28,484 bases of DNA from an uncultured Bacilli bacterium (GCA_947626095.1 CANQQV010000017.1:1-28484), one strand, 5' to 3'. Shown: positions 1 to 8,865, counted from the stretch's first letter. The notes: generated from the letters alone by a model not told the origin. Made by a program: numbers and translations.

Positions 1-18
1 AAATTAAGAAATAACTAA
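1..18 (+). CDS. 3' end (KLRNN*) of an upstream gene, probably a paralogue of the 31-1314 surface protein; partial at window edge
   Basis: Frame 1 reads AAA TTA AGA AAT AAC TAA, identical to the last codons of the 31-1314 ORF (1297-1314). Confidence 0.7.
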   Translation, partial: KLRNN

Positions 19-19
19 T
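1..19 (+). repeat. 19-bp exact direct repeat AAATTAAGAAATAACTAAT, copy 1 (copy 2 at 1297-1315); may extend left of the window
   Basis: Direct comparison of 1-19 with 1297-1315. Confidence 0.9.
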
Positions 20-30
20 TATTGATTTAA

Positions 31-1314
31 GAAAACGAAGTATGTGCAATATTACTATCAGTAGTTACTGTTAGTGCTGAAAGTACTGTAGACAGCCCTA
101 GTAGATGTTCTAATAATTCTTTATATATAGATCATGGCAATGGAACATACACTTGTGGTAATAATGTCACTAACGCATTAAAATCATTAGAAGAAAATGA
201 AACTGGTGAATTAGTTCTTTTAAAAGATATGGTTTTAGGTGGACCTGTAACTATTACTAAGGATATTACTATTAATTTAAATAGTCATAAACTTACACCA
301 ACTACATGGAATAATGGTGCTGGTAATGTTACAGTTAAAGGTGCTAATGTAACAATCAAAAATGGTACTATTGATTTAACATCAGGTGTTGGTCAATTAG
401 CAGTAGATTCAAGCGAAAAAGCTTCTACTTTAACAATTGCTAATGATGTTAAGGTTAATGCTACATTTAGTAGTGTTCCTGCTATTATAGTTAACGATGC
501 AACAAATACAACTGTTGTTAATGTTAATGGAACATGGACTGTTCAAAATGAAATTGTTAGTTGTCCTAATGGCAAAGACGAAAACCTAACAGTTAACTTA
601 AACGCTAATGTTAAAGCTACTAATTTACAAAATACTAGTTATTTAGTAGCAGTAGATGCTGGTGCTTCAACTGTTAATGTTTTAGGTGGAACTTATGAAT
701 CTAATAAATCAGTATTCGAAGTTAAAAATGGAACATTAAATGTTAAAGGTGGTAACTTAATAGCTAATGGTGGACATGCTATTGTTGTAACAAAACCAGA
801 TGCAGAACATACTACAACATTAAATATCTCAAGTGGTACTATTACTGCAAAAGCAACAGAAAGTTACAGCGTATACTTTGGTAGTGGAACAGGTGAAGAA
901 ACTGGTACTTATAGTATTACTGGCGGAACATTCACTTCTGGAAAAGACAAAGACCAAAAACAATTACCAGCAATTAAAATTGCATCACAAACATTCTTAG
1001 CAAACCATGCTAAAATGATAAGTGGTGGATCATTTACTGGTTCAATTGTTGGAGATGTTCAAACTAATGCTAAAACAGATACTTGGACAAGAGCTGCCGC
1101 TGCAACAGCAATTTTAGTTGGAAATGCAACAACTACAACTGAAAATGGTATAGTAACAGTAAATCCATCAAAAGCAGAAGATAATAAGAAACCAGCTGCT
1201 AAGCCAGAAGAACAAGCTCCAAACACATATGATGCAGGTCTTGTATATATGGGATTAGCATTAAGTGCAATCGGTGCAAGTGTTGTTTCTGTTAGAAAAT
1301 TAAGAAATAACTAA
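31..1314 (+). pseudogene. 5'-truncated (start-less) cell-surface protein cassette: signal-peptide remnant, Gly/Thr/Asn-rich beta-solenoid-like repeats, sortase-like C-terminal anchor
   Basis: Frame is open from 31 (after TAA 28-30), but the first ATG is at 229 with no RBS. 43-78 encode CAILLSVVTVSA (h/c region, VSA|E cleavage site). Repeats VNVLGGTY/LNVKGGNL/LNISSGTI/YSITGGTF/MISGGSF. C-terminus is APNTYD + hydrophobic helix + RKLR. Confidence 0.75.
54..75. other. Imperfect inverted repeat ACTA-T-CAGTA-GT-TACTG-T-TAGT, candidate recombination crossover site
   Basis: 9 of 10 arm positions pair around a central GT; function is inferred. Confidence 0.4.
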
Positions 1315-1315
1315 T
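1297..1315 (+). repeat. 19-bp direct repeat, copy 2
   Basis: Identical to 1-19. Confidence 0.9.
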
Positions 1316-1331
1316 ATAATATTTCTTTTTT
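1302..1331 (+). terminator. Weak intrinsic terminator after the surface-protein cassette
   Basis: AAGAAATA / TATTTCTT stem with a 10-nt loop and T tail. Confidence 0.4.
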
Positions 1332-1405
1332 ATCTCTCTAAAGTCCCATTTTTATGCTTATATATATTGTTTTATGATATAATTTTTATATGGGAGGTTA
1401 TAAAA

Positions 1406-2845
1406 ATGAAGAAGAAAAGTGACAAGATAATAATCATTAGCATAGCAATTTTGTTTATGGTTGTTTTATCTTGGTTTATTTCTTGTGGATACTATAAAGG
1501 AGGAGTCTTTTCTGACGAGGGTATCATAAGATTAGGAATATATGATATTTTATATAATATTTATGTTACATTTACTAATCAAGCTGTTATGATGAGTGTA
1601 GCTTATATATTAACTATTGGTGGTTGTTATGGTGTTTTAAGTAAAACAAAAGCATATCGTAAATTAGTAGATAAAACAGCTGCTCTAATTAAAGGTAAAG
1701 AAGCTATAGCTATGTTAGTAATAACTTTACTAATGGGTATATATACTTCAATATCTAGTCAAATATTAGCATTATTCTGTGTCATTCCATTTATTGTTTC
1801 TGTATTCTTGAGAAATGGATGCAAAAAACTAACAGCTATTAGTGCAGCCTTTGGTGGTATATTTATTGGTACGATAGGTCTTACTGTTGGTACCTATGGT
1901 ATGGAAAGTATTAATAGTCTTCTAGATACATTACCATCAAAAGTTTCTATGTTATTACCATTAAGAATAGGTATTTTTGCTGCTGCATATATCTTATTTA
2001 ACTTATTTGCTATTATATATATGAATAAGTATAAAAGATCAGCTAATGGTGGGAAATATGATATCTTTTGTCCAGAAGAATTAGATGAAAGTAAATTAAC
2101 TAAAAGGAAAAAAATTAAATTATGGCCATATATAGTACTATCTATAATTGCCATTATAATAACTATGTTGGCTTATATAGATTGGAAAACAAGTTTTAAT
2201 ATTACATTCTTTACTGAATTACATAATAAATTTATAACATTCGCTACAGTTGATAATATTCCAATCTTATCTTCTTTATTAGGTCAATCTATTGATGGTT
2301 TTGGTGAACAAGCAGAATTAATATTCGCTATTTTCGTTTTCGTGATATTAACGATTATCTTTGCTATAACTAGTAAGATGTCCATAGACGAATTTATTAA
2401 AAATTTTGGTTCAGGTTTAAAAAATATTGGTAAGGTCGCCTTTATTTATGGTTTATGCTATGTCCTAGTTATCCTATTAGGTACATGTCCATGGCCAATT
2501 ACTTTTATTAATGCCTTATTTGGTAAAGGAACATTTAATATTTTCGCTTTAACCTTTATTGCAATGATAGCGTATGTCTTCTGTATTGATTTTCCAACCT
2601 TTGGTAATGCTTTCAGCCAATACTTAATTGTAACTTATATGGATGATTTAGCTTCAGCTACCCTTATTTGGCATTTAGGAGCTGCTATAGCTGCTGTCTT
2701 TGTTCCTACAAGTTTCATATTATTAATGGCTTTAACTTATGCAGACATACCATATGTTAAATGGCTACAATATATTTGGAAATTCGTTTTATCATTAATT
2801 ATTGTAGTATTCATTATACTTGCTTTAGCAATATTAGTTAAATAA
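1406..2845 (+). CDS. YfcC/DcuC-like multi-pass membrane transporter (C4-dicarboxylate / arginine-ornithine antiporter superfamily)
   Basis: About 12 hydrophobic segments; ILTIGGCYGVLSKT and C-terminal PTSFILLMALTYADIPYVKWLQYIWK resemble YfcC; GGAGG RBS supports ATG 1406; TGATATAAT extended -10 at 1375-1383. Confidence 0.7.
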   Translation: MKKKSDKIIIISIAILFMVVLSWFISCGYYKGGVFSDEGIIRLGIYDILYNIYVTFTNQAVMMSVAYILTIGGCYGVLSKTKAYRKLVDKTAALIKGKEAIAMLVITLLMGIYTSISSQILALFCVIPFIVSVFLRNGCKKLTAISAAFGGIFIGTIGLTVGTYGMESINSLLDTLPSKVSMLLPLRIGIFAAAYILFNLFAIIYMNKYKRSANGGKYDIFCPEELDESKLTKRKKIKLWPYIVLSIIAIIITMLAYIDWKTSFNITFFTELHNKFITFATVDNIPILSSLLGQSIDGFGEQAELIFAIFVFVILTIIFAITSKMSIDEFIKNFGSGLKNIGKVAFIYGLCYVLVILLGTCPWPITFINALFGKGTFNIFALTFIAMIAYVFCIDFPTFGNAFSQYLIVTYMDDLASATLIWHLGAAIAAVFVPTSFILLMALTYADIPYVKWLQYIWKFVLSLIIVVFIILALAILVK

Positions 2846-2852
2846 TTATTTT

Positions 2853-2878
2853 AAAGAAGTTTTATACTTCTTTTTTTT
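2853..2878 (+). terminator. Intrinsic terminator
   Basis: AAAGAAGT-TTTAT-ACTTCTTT plus T tract. Confidence 0.8.
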
Positions 2879-2911
2879 ATTTCTTTGCATATAATTTATT
2901 AGGTGACAAAA

Positions 2912-3256
2912 ATGAAAGAACTATTCGCATTAGCTGAAACAGAAATGATTACTTTAAAACAACCGTATGTTGGTACAGAACACTTATTTCTTGCTTATTT
3001 AAATAAATATCCTACTAAATTACTATCATATAACGATTTTAAAAAATATGTTATTGAATTAACTGGCGTATCATATAAAGCAAGTTCATATATTATATAT
3101 ACGCCTCTATTAAGACAAATAAAAAATAATAATAAAACAATAAAAGAAAGTATTTTAGATATCTTAAGTAATGATGATAGTATTACTTATAATATTCTTT
3201 TAAGTAAAAATATCGATATTGAAGCATTATATAATGAAATAAATACTAATAGTTAG
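2912..3256 (+). CDS. Stand-alone Clp N-terminal (Clp repeat) domain protein
   Basis: LAETEMITLKQPYVGTEHLFLAYL matches the ClpC/ClpA N-domain repeat; no AAA+ domain; AGGTG RBS before ATG 2912. Confidence 0.75.
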   Translation: MKELFALAETEMITLKQPYVGTEHLFLAYLNKYPTKLLSYNDFKKYVIELTGVSYKASSYIIYTPLLRQIKNNNKTIKESILDILSNDDSITYNILLSKNIDIEALYNEINTNS

Positions 3257-3265
3257 TATTTTTTT
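3241..3265 (+). terminator. Intrinsic terminator overlapping the stop codon
   Basis: AAATACTAA-TAG-TTAGTATTT plus T tract. Confidence 0.65.
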
Positions 3266-3321
3266 ATTTACTTAAATGTGTTAAAATAAAAGCACTAATA
3301 TTAATGAAAGGTGGAAATGTT

Positions 3322-4632
3322 ATGAAGATTTATAATACTTTAACAGATAAGGTAGAAGAATTTGTACCTATTAAAGAAGGTCAGGTTACCATGTATGTCT
3401 GTGGACCAACTGTTTATAACTATGTTCATATTGGTAACATGCGTCCTGTAATGACTTTTGATATGGTATTTAACTACTTCAAGTATTTAGGTTATCATGT
3501 TACTTATGCTTCTAATTTTACTGATGTTAATCCTAAAATAATTACTGCTGCTAAAGAATTAGGTATTACTGAAAGAGAAGTGGCTGATAAATTTATTAAA
3601 GCTTACTTAAATGATTTGGAGTCTTATAACTGTTCCACTATTGATTATCGCCCTCGTGTTATAGAACATATGGACCATATTTTTGCTTTTATTACTAAGT
3701 TAATTGAAAAAGATATGGCATATGTCGTTGATGGTGATGTTTATTTTAGAGTAAATAAAATAAAAGATTATGGTATTTTATCTAATCAAGATATTGATGA
3801 ACTAATCTCAGGTGCACGTGTTGAAGTTGATGAGAAAAAAGAAAGCCCATTAGATTTCGCACTATGGCGTAAGACAACCGAAGGTGAACAATTCGATTCA
3901 CCTTGGGGTAAAGGTATCCCAGGATGGCATACTGAATGTGTTGTTATGATAAATAGTTTATTTGGAGACAAAATAGATATTCATGGTGGTGGAGTTGATT
4001 TGAAATTTCCACATCATGAAAATGAAATAGCTCAAAGTATGGCACTAAATAATAATCATCTTGCTAATTACTGGATGCATAATGGTCATATTAATTTAGA
4101 TGGCGAAAAGATGAGTAAATCACTAGGTAACTTTATTCTAGCTAAAGACTTTATTAAAGAACATAGTGCTAATGCCATTAAAATAGCTTTATTTAAAACT
4201 CATTATCGTTTGCCTTTAAACTTTACTGATGACTTATTTAATGAAGCTAATGTCATTGATAAGAAAATCTCTGATGTTTTAAAGCAAGCTAATCTAAAGA
4301 TTCAAACTGAAAATATTGAAGTTGGTAAAATAACTAAAGATGAAAAGATAAATGAAATAATGGATTATGATTTTAATACACCTAATCTTATTACTTATCT
4401 AACTGACTTAGTTAAAGAATTAAATAATGCTTTAAGAAATAACGGTGATGTATCATCAGCATATGATAAAATAAATCTAATAAACCATATCTTAGGTTTA
4501 AAATATGAATTACCAAAATTTAGTGCTGAAGATATTAAACTATATAATGAGTGGAATCAATATCGTCAAAATAAAGATTTCGCTAATGCTGACAAATTAA
4601 GAGCCGAATTAGTAGCAAAAAATATTATTTAG
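3322..4632 (+). CDS. cysS: Cysteine--tRNA ligase
   Basis: MYVCGPTVY, HIGN, DFALW, PGWHTEC, DIHGGGVDLKFPHHENE, KMSKS; AAAGGTGG RBS favours ATG 3322. Confidence 0.97.
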   Translation: MKIYNTLTDKVEEFVPIKEGQVTMYVCGPTVYNYVHIGNMRPVMTFDMVFNYFKYLGYHVTYASNFTDVNPKIITAAKELGITEREVADKFIKAYLNDLESYNCSTIDYRPRVIEHMDHIFAFITKLIEKDMAYVVDGDVYFRVNKIKDYGILSNQDIDELISGARVEVDEKKESPLDFALWRKTTEGEQFDSPWGKGIPGWHTECVVMINSLFGDKIDIHGGGVDLKFPHHENEIAQSMALNNNHLANYWMHNGHINLDGEKMSKSLGNFILAKDFIKEHSANAIKIALFKTHYRLPLNFTDDLFNEANVIDKKISDVLKQANLKIQTENIEVGKITKDEKINEIMDYDFNTPNLITYLTDLVKELNNALRNNGDVSSAYDKINLINHILGLKYELPKFSAEDIKLYNEWNQYRQNKDFANADKLRAELVAKNII

Positions 4633-4642
4633 AGGTGTATAA

Positions 4643-5311
4643 ATGGATAATATAATTTTATTTTTATTAGCATTGGTTCTTCCAATAATTGCTAGTATCA
4701 ACATTAATATGACTTATAGTAAATATAAAAAAGTCAAAAATGGTAAGCAATTAACTGGTTTTGATGTTGCTCGTAAGATTCTTGATGAAAATGGGTTAAG
4801 TAATATGTATATTGTTGAAGTTAAAGGTAATTTAACTGATCATTATGATCCTAAACAAAAAGTTGTCAGACTATCATCAGAGATTTTCCATGGTGATACC
4901 GTAGCTGCTGCTGCCGTTGCTGCTCATGAATGTGGTCATGCTATTCAGGATAAAGAAGGCTATGCATGGATGAAGTTTAGATCAGCTCTGTATCCAATTG
5001 TTAATTTTGGTACATCAATTGCTTATATCTTATTCTTCATTAGTATCTTCTTACAACTATTTGATATGTTACTACTTGGTGTTGCTATTATCATTTTTGG
5101 TTTAATATTCCAAATAGTAACTTTACCAGTAGAATTCAATGCTAGTAGTCGTGCATTAGAATTACTAAAAAAATACAATTTAGTTACTGAAAGCGAACGT
5201 GCCGGTAGTAAAAAAGTTTTAACCGCTGCTGCTTTGACTTATGTTGCTGCTGTTTTATCTTCATTATTAGATTTAATAAGATTATTAAATGCATATAATG
5301 ATCGTAACTAG
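4643..5311 (+). CDS. Membrane zinc metallopeptidase, YugP-like (Zn_peptidase_2)
   Basis: LTDHYDP, AAHECGHAIQD (HEXXH), TLPVEFNASSRA, LTAAALTYVAA. Confidence 0.92.
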   Translation: MDNIILFLLALVLPIIASININMTYSKYKKVKNGKQLTGFDVARKILDENGLSNMYIVEVKGNLTDHYDPKQKVVRLSSEIFHGDTVAAAAVAAHECGHAIQDKEGYAWMKFRSALYPIVNFGTSIAYILFFISIFLQLFDMLLLGVAIIIFGLIFQIVTLPVEFNASSRALELLKKYNLVTESERAGSKKVLTAAALTYVAAVLSSLLDLIRLLNAYNDRN

Positions 5312-5319
5312 GTTATTGT

Positions 5320-5350
5320 AAAGATAAATATGCGTATATTTATCTTTTTT
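5320..5350 (+). terminator. Intrinsic terminator
   Basis: AAAGATAAATAT-GCGT-ATATTTATCTTT plus T tract. Confidence 0.85.
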
Positions 5351-5397
5351 CTTTAAATGATATATTTAGATGATATAATTATTTTAGAGGTGCTAGT

Positions 5398-6360
5398 ATG
5401 AATGTTATAAATAAAAAATCCCATGAACAAACACCTAATTATTTCTATGGTGTTGATGTCAATAATAAGGAAGCTGTCCGTGAAGAATATGAACGTTTAA
5501 GAAAAAAACATCGTAATATTACAATATTTGCGATTATTGTTTTAGGTTGTTTAAGCTTTGTATTAGGTGACTTCCTACGTGTAACTAAACTTGGTGGTAA
5601 ACCAATCTTTGCAACTAGTAAAAAAGTTGAAAGAGGTACTTTATTTAGTGGGTTAGGCTATAAAGTATTATATTGTAATAATGGTCAAAGATATGTTGGC
5701 TCTGTATTATATAAGTCATGTGAAGAGTTTGATGAAAATACTTTCGCTAATGTCTTATATGAAAAATTAGTTAATTATTCAGCTGATAATAAAACTTTAA
5801 ATCGTAGTAAATTAAAAGATTTTACTGTTATTGATGTCATGTTTGATGAAGAAAATGAAGAAGAAGGTTCAGATTACCTAGCCACTATTTCATTCTCTTG
5901 TAATGGTAATAATAGTAGTTGCTTTAAAACAGCTAAAGAATATAATGATCCATATAATATTAAACTATATGTTAGATTTAATAAGTTTAATGAAATATAT
6001 GATGTTGTACCATTTAAAGAATCAGGTGCTTACTATAATGAACTAGTAGAACAATATACTCCAAAAGTTCAAGAATATTTAAGAAATAATAACTTACTAG
6101 TTGCTGATAACTTACACCATTTTACTATTAAACTTCTTGAAAATCATGGTAAATATAAATTTAGAGGCGAAACATATGCCGATAGTTATTTAATTCAAAT
6201 AGATTATAACTGTCTAGATAACACTAATACATGTGTTACTCCAGCTGGTAATGAAGACTTTGAAGGTGATTATAGTAATCTATCCTTCTATATGGCTATG
6301 TTCTTAGATGCTGAAGATAACGTTTCTTTAATGGGTCCTAAAGAATATTTCGATTTATAA
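5398..6360 (+). CDS. Hypothetical single-pass membrane protein with a duplicated Cys-containing extracellular domain
   Basis: One TM segment (ITIFAIIVLGCLSFVLG); two similar YL-x-x-I-x-[FY]-x-C-x6-C units; GAGGTG RBS; TGATATAAT at 5371-5379. Confidence 0.8.
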   Translation: MNVINKKSHEQTPNYFYGVDVNNKEAVREEYERLRKKHRNITIFAIIVLGCLSFVLGDFLRVTKLGGKPIFATSKKVERGTLFSGLGYKVLYCNNGQRYVGSVLYKSCEEFDENTFANVLYEKLVNYSADNKTLNRSKLKDFTVIDVMFDEENEEEGSDYLATISFSCNGNNSSCFKTAKEYNDPYNIKLYVRFNKFNEIYDVVPFKESGAYYNELVEQYTPKVQEYLRNNNLLVADNLHHFTIKLLENHGKYKFRGETYADSYLIQIDYNCLDNTNTCVTPAGNEDFEGDYSNLSFYMAMFLDAEDNVSLMGPKEYFDL

Positions 6361-6383
6361 TAGTTACAGAAAGGAATAATCTC

Positions 6384-7625
6384 ATGAAATTTGTTGATAA
6401 CTTAACTAAAAAAGAATATATGTCTTTCTTTAATAAATTTCCTTATAGTCATTTTTTACAATCTTACGCTTGGGGTGAAGCCATCAAAGATACACGTGGC
6501 AAAACACCATGCTATGTCGGTTTAAAAAATGATAAAAATGAACTTGTTGCTGCGGCTTTACTCCTTAAGAAAAGTATGCCTTTTGGTTTATGTTATTACT
6601 ACTGCTCACGTGGTTATCTAATTGATTTTAAAGATACAGCCTTAGTTAAAACATTTACTGAAGAAATGAAAAAATATTTAAAAAGAACGAATGGAATTTA
6701 CGTTAAAATAAATCCCGAAATAATGTATCAAGAAATTGATAAGGATGGCAACCCAGTTCCTAATGGTAAAAGTAATATAGATATTTTTAATAATTTAATA
6801 AGTTTAGGTTACAAACATAAAGGTTTTGTTAAATTATATGAAAACAATGAACCAAGATATACCTTTAGAAGATATTTTGAACAATATGATAGTATGGAAG
6901 ACATTGAAAAAAGTATCTTTAAAACATTTATGCAAACAGTTCATCGTAGTTACTCTTATAATTTAAAAATTAACTTTGATAGTGATGTTAAAAATTTCTT
7001 TGAATTAAACAAATCTAACGCTGCTAAAGACAATTTTGTTCAATACTCTGATGAATTCTATCAAGCACTATATAAATATGGCAAAGAAGATGGTAATCTC
7101 TTAGTATTTGATGTTACTGTTAATGGTAAAAAGTTATACAAGGATACTAAAGAAGCTTTAGATAAAATTAATGATGATTTTAAAAACAATTTAATTACGA
7201 AAAAACAAAAACCTGATGCATTAGATAAAAAAACTCGTTTAGAAAAAGAACTTACCATGTTTGAACCATACAAAGAAAAAGGAGATATGGTTATCTGTTC
7301 TCTAATAAATGGTATTGCCAATAATCAAATGTGGACAATGTATATAGGAAATAACAAACTAGGGGAAGATTTATTTGCTGTTAATCGAATATATTATGAA
7401 ACAATTAAATATTGTTTTGAACATAAGTATCGTTTCTTAGATTTATATGGCACTGTAGGTGATCCAAATACTAAATATAAGAATTTAGGTGGCTTGCATG
7501 CCTATAAAAAGAAATATGGTGATACATTTATCGAATTTATTGGTGAATTTGATTTAGTCAACAAACCTCTTTGGTATGCTATCCTACCATTTCTTTTAAA
7601 AATATATCGTACTATTAAAAAATAG
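6384..7625 (+). CDS. FemABX/MurM-family peptidoglycan bridge aminoacyltransferase
   Basis: HFLQSYAWG, YYCSRG, coiled-coil insert, LDLYGTVG, GLHAYKKKYG..EFIGEFD. Confidence 0.92.
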   Translation: MKFVDNLTKKEYMSFFNKFPYSHFLQSYAWGEAIKDTRGKTPCYVGLKNDKNELVAAALLLKKSMPFGLCYYYCSRGYLIDFKDTALVKTFTEEMKKYLKRTNGIYVKINPEIMYQEIDKDGNPVPNGKSNIDIFNNLISLGYKHKGFVKLYENNEPRYTFRRYFEQYDSMEDIEKSIFKTFMQTVHRSYSYNLKINFDSDVKNFFELNKSNAAKDNFVQYSDEFYQALYKYGKEDGNLLVFDVTVNGKKLYKDTKEALDKINDDFKNNLITKKQKPDALDKKTRLEKELTMFEPYKEKGDMVICSLINGIANNQMWTMYIGNNKLGEDLFAVNRIYYETIKYCFEHKYRFLDLYGTVGDPNTKYKNLGGLHAYKKKYGDTFIEFIGEFDLVNKPLWYAILPFLLKIYRTIKK

Positions 7626-7638
7626 AACAGGTGATAAT

Positions 7639-8865
7639 ATGAAATTTTGCGAACTTAATGATATCGAATTTATGTCTTTTGTTAACTCTCGACCTGAAAA
7701 GAATTTTTTTCAAACAACAATGATGAAGGAAAAAATCGAAAAAGATGGCCTTAAAGTCTATTTAGTTGGGGTTAAAAAAAATAAACAAGTAATTGCTGCT
7801 TCTTTAATTGCTGAAACTGGCCATACTTTTATGGGTAAGAAAACCTATGAAGCCTATAAAGGTTTTATCTTAGATTATCATGATGAAGAATTAGTAAAAT
7901 ACATGACTGAACAAGTAAGTCAATTCTTAAAAGAAAAAAATGCCCTAAGATTAATTATCGATCCATACATACCTAATGTATCTCGTGATACAGATGCTAA
8001 CATTATTGAAGGTGTTGATAATCGTGAAGTTGTTAACAATCTAAAACAACTTGGTTATAAAGAGAACCCATATGGTGCCCAAGTAAAATGGTGCTATTGT
8101 CTAGATATTGATGGTAAAACGCCTGATGAGTTATTTAAAGAGTTTAAAAGCAATACTAGAAACTATATCAATCGTACTATATCTAAATACCAACTAGAAA
8201 TTAAAACTTTAAAAAAATCTGAACTAAATGAATTTAAACAAGTAACTAGTGATACTTGTGAAAGAAGAGAATTCGCTGATAAAACACTTAAATACTATGA
8301 AGAAATGTATGATTGTTTTAAAGACGATGTAACCTTTAAAATTTGTTCTTTAAATTGTGACACATATATTAAGGTTTTAGAAGAAGAAAATAAAGTATTT
8401 GAAGATAAAATAACTAATTTATCTGATGCTTCATCAAATAAAAAGAAAAAAGAAGAAATGAAGAAAAATCTTGATGCTAATCTAAAGAAAATTGAAGAAA
8501 CGAAAAAGCTCAAGAAAGAAAAAGGTAATATTATTCCTTTATCAGCTGCAATGTTCATGCTATACGGAGATGAAATAGTATATTTATTTAGTGGCTCATA
8601 TGCTGAATATATGAACTTCTGTGGTCAATATCGCTTACAATGGGAAATTATTAAATATGCTGCAGAACATCAATTTCAAAGATATAATTTCTACGGTATT
8701 AAAGATGTTTTTGATAAAAATGGTAAAGACTATGGTGTATATGAATTCAAAAAAGGTTTTGGTGGTTATGTCTTAGAATTGGTTGGATCTTTTGAATTAA
8801 GTCTAAGCCCTCAAGATAAAATCTATCATACCTTAAGAAAAATAAAGAGGTTAGTAAAAAGATAA
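7639..8865 (+). CDS. FemABX/MurN-family peptidoglycan bridge aminoacyltransferase
   Basis: NFFQT, EIVYLFSGS, LQWEIIKYA, YNFYGI, YGVYEFKKGFGGYV. Confidence 0.92.
   Translation: MKFCELNDIEFMSFVNSRPEKNFFQTTMMKEKIEKDGLKVYLVGVKKNKQVIAASLIAETGHTFMGKKTYEAYKGFILDYHDEELVKYMTEQVSQFLKEKNALRLIIDPYIPNVSRDTDANIIEGVDNREVVNNLKQLGYKENPYGAQVKWCYCLDIDGKTPDELFKEFKSNTRNYINRTISKYQLEIKTLKKSELNEFKQVTSDTCERREFADKTLKYYEEMYDCFKDDVTFKICSLNCDTYIKVLEEENKVFEDKITNLSDASSNKKKKEEMKKNLDANLKKIEETKKLKKEKGNIIPLSAAMFMLYGDEIVYLFSGSYAEYMNFCGQYRLQWEIIKYAAEHQFQRYNFYGIKDVFDKNGKDYGVYEFKKGFGGYVLELVGSFELSLSPQDKIYHTLRKIKRLVKR

Noticed and set aside
42-74. ATG at 42 as a start
   Set aside because: Out of frame; gives MCNITISSYC* and has no RBS
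229-231. ATG 229 as the true start of the surface protein
   Set aside because: No RBS; the frame and recognisable sequence (signal remnant, LVLLKD motif) extend upstream, and a protein starting here would have an anchor but no export signal
1894-2154. Minus-strand 86-aa ORF
   Set aside because: Antisense shadow inside the YfcC-like gene; no motif
3257-3321. T-box leader for cysS
   Set aside because: Only about 65 bp available and no T-box consensus
3786-3971. Minus-strand 61-aa ORF
   Set aside because: Antisense shadow of cysS
7061-8558. Minus-strand ORFs 7061-7321 and 8295-8558
   Set aside because: F/S/L-rich antisense shadows of the K/E-rich coiled coils in the FemABX genes
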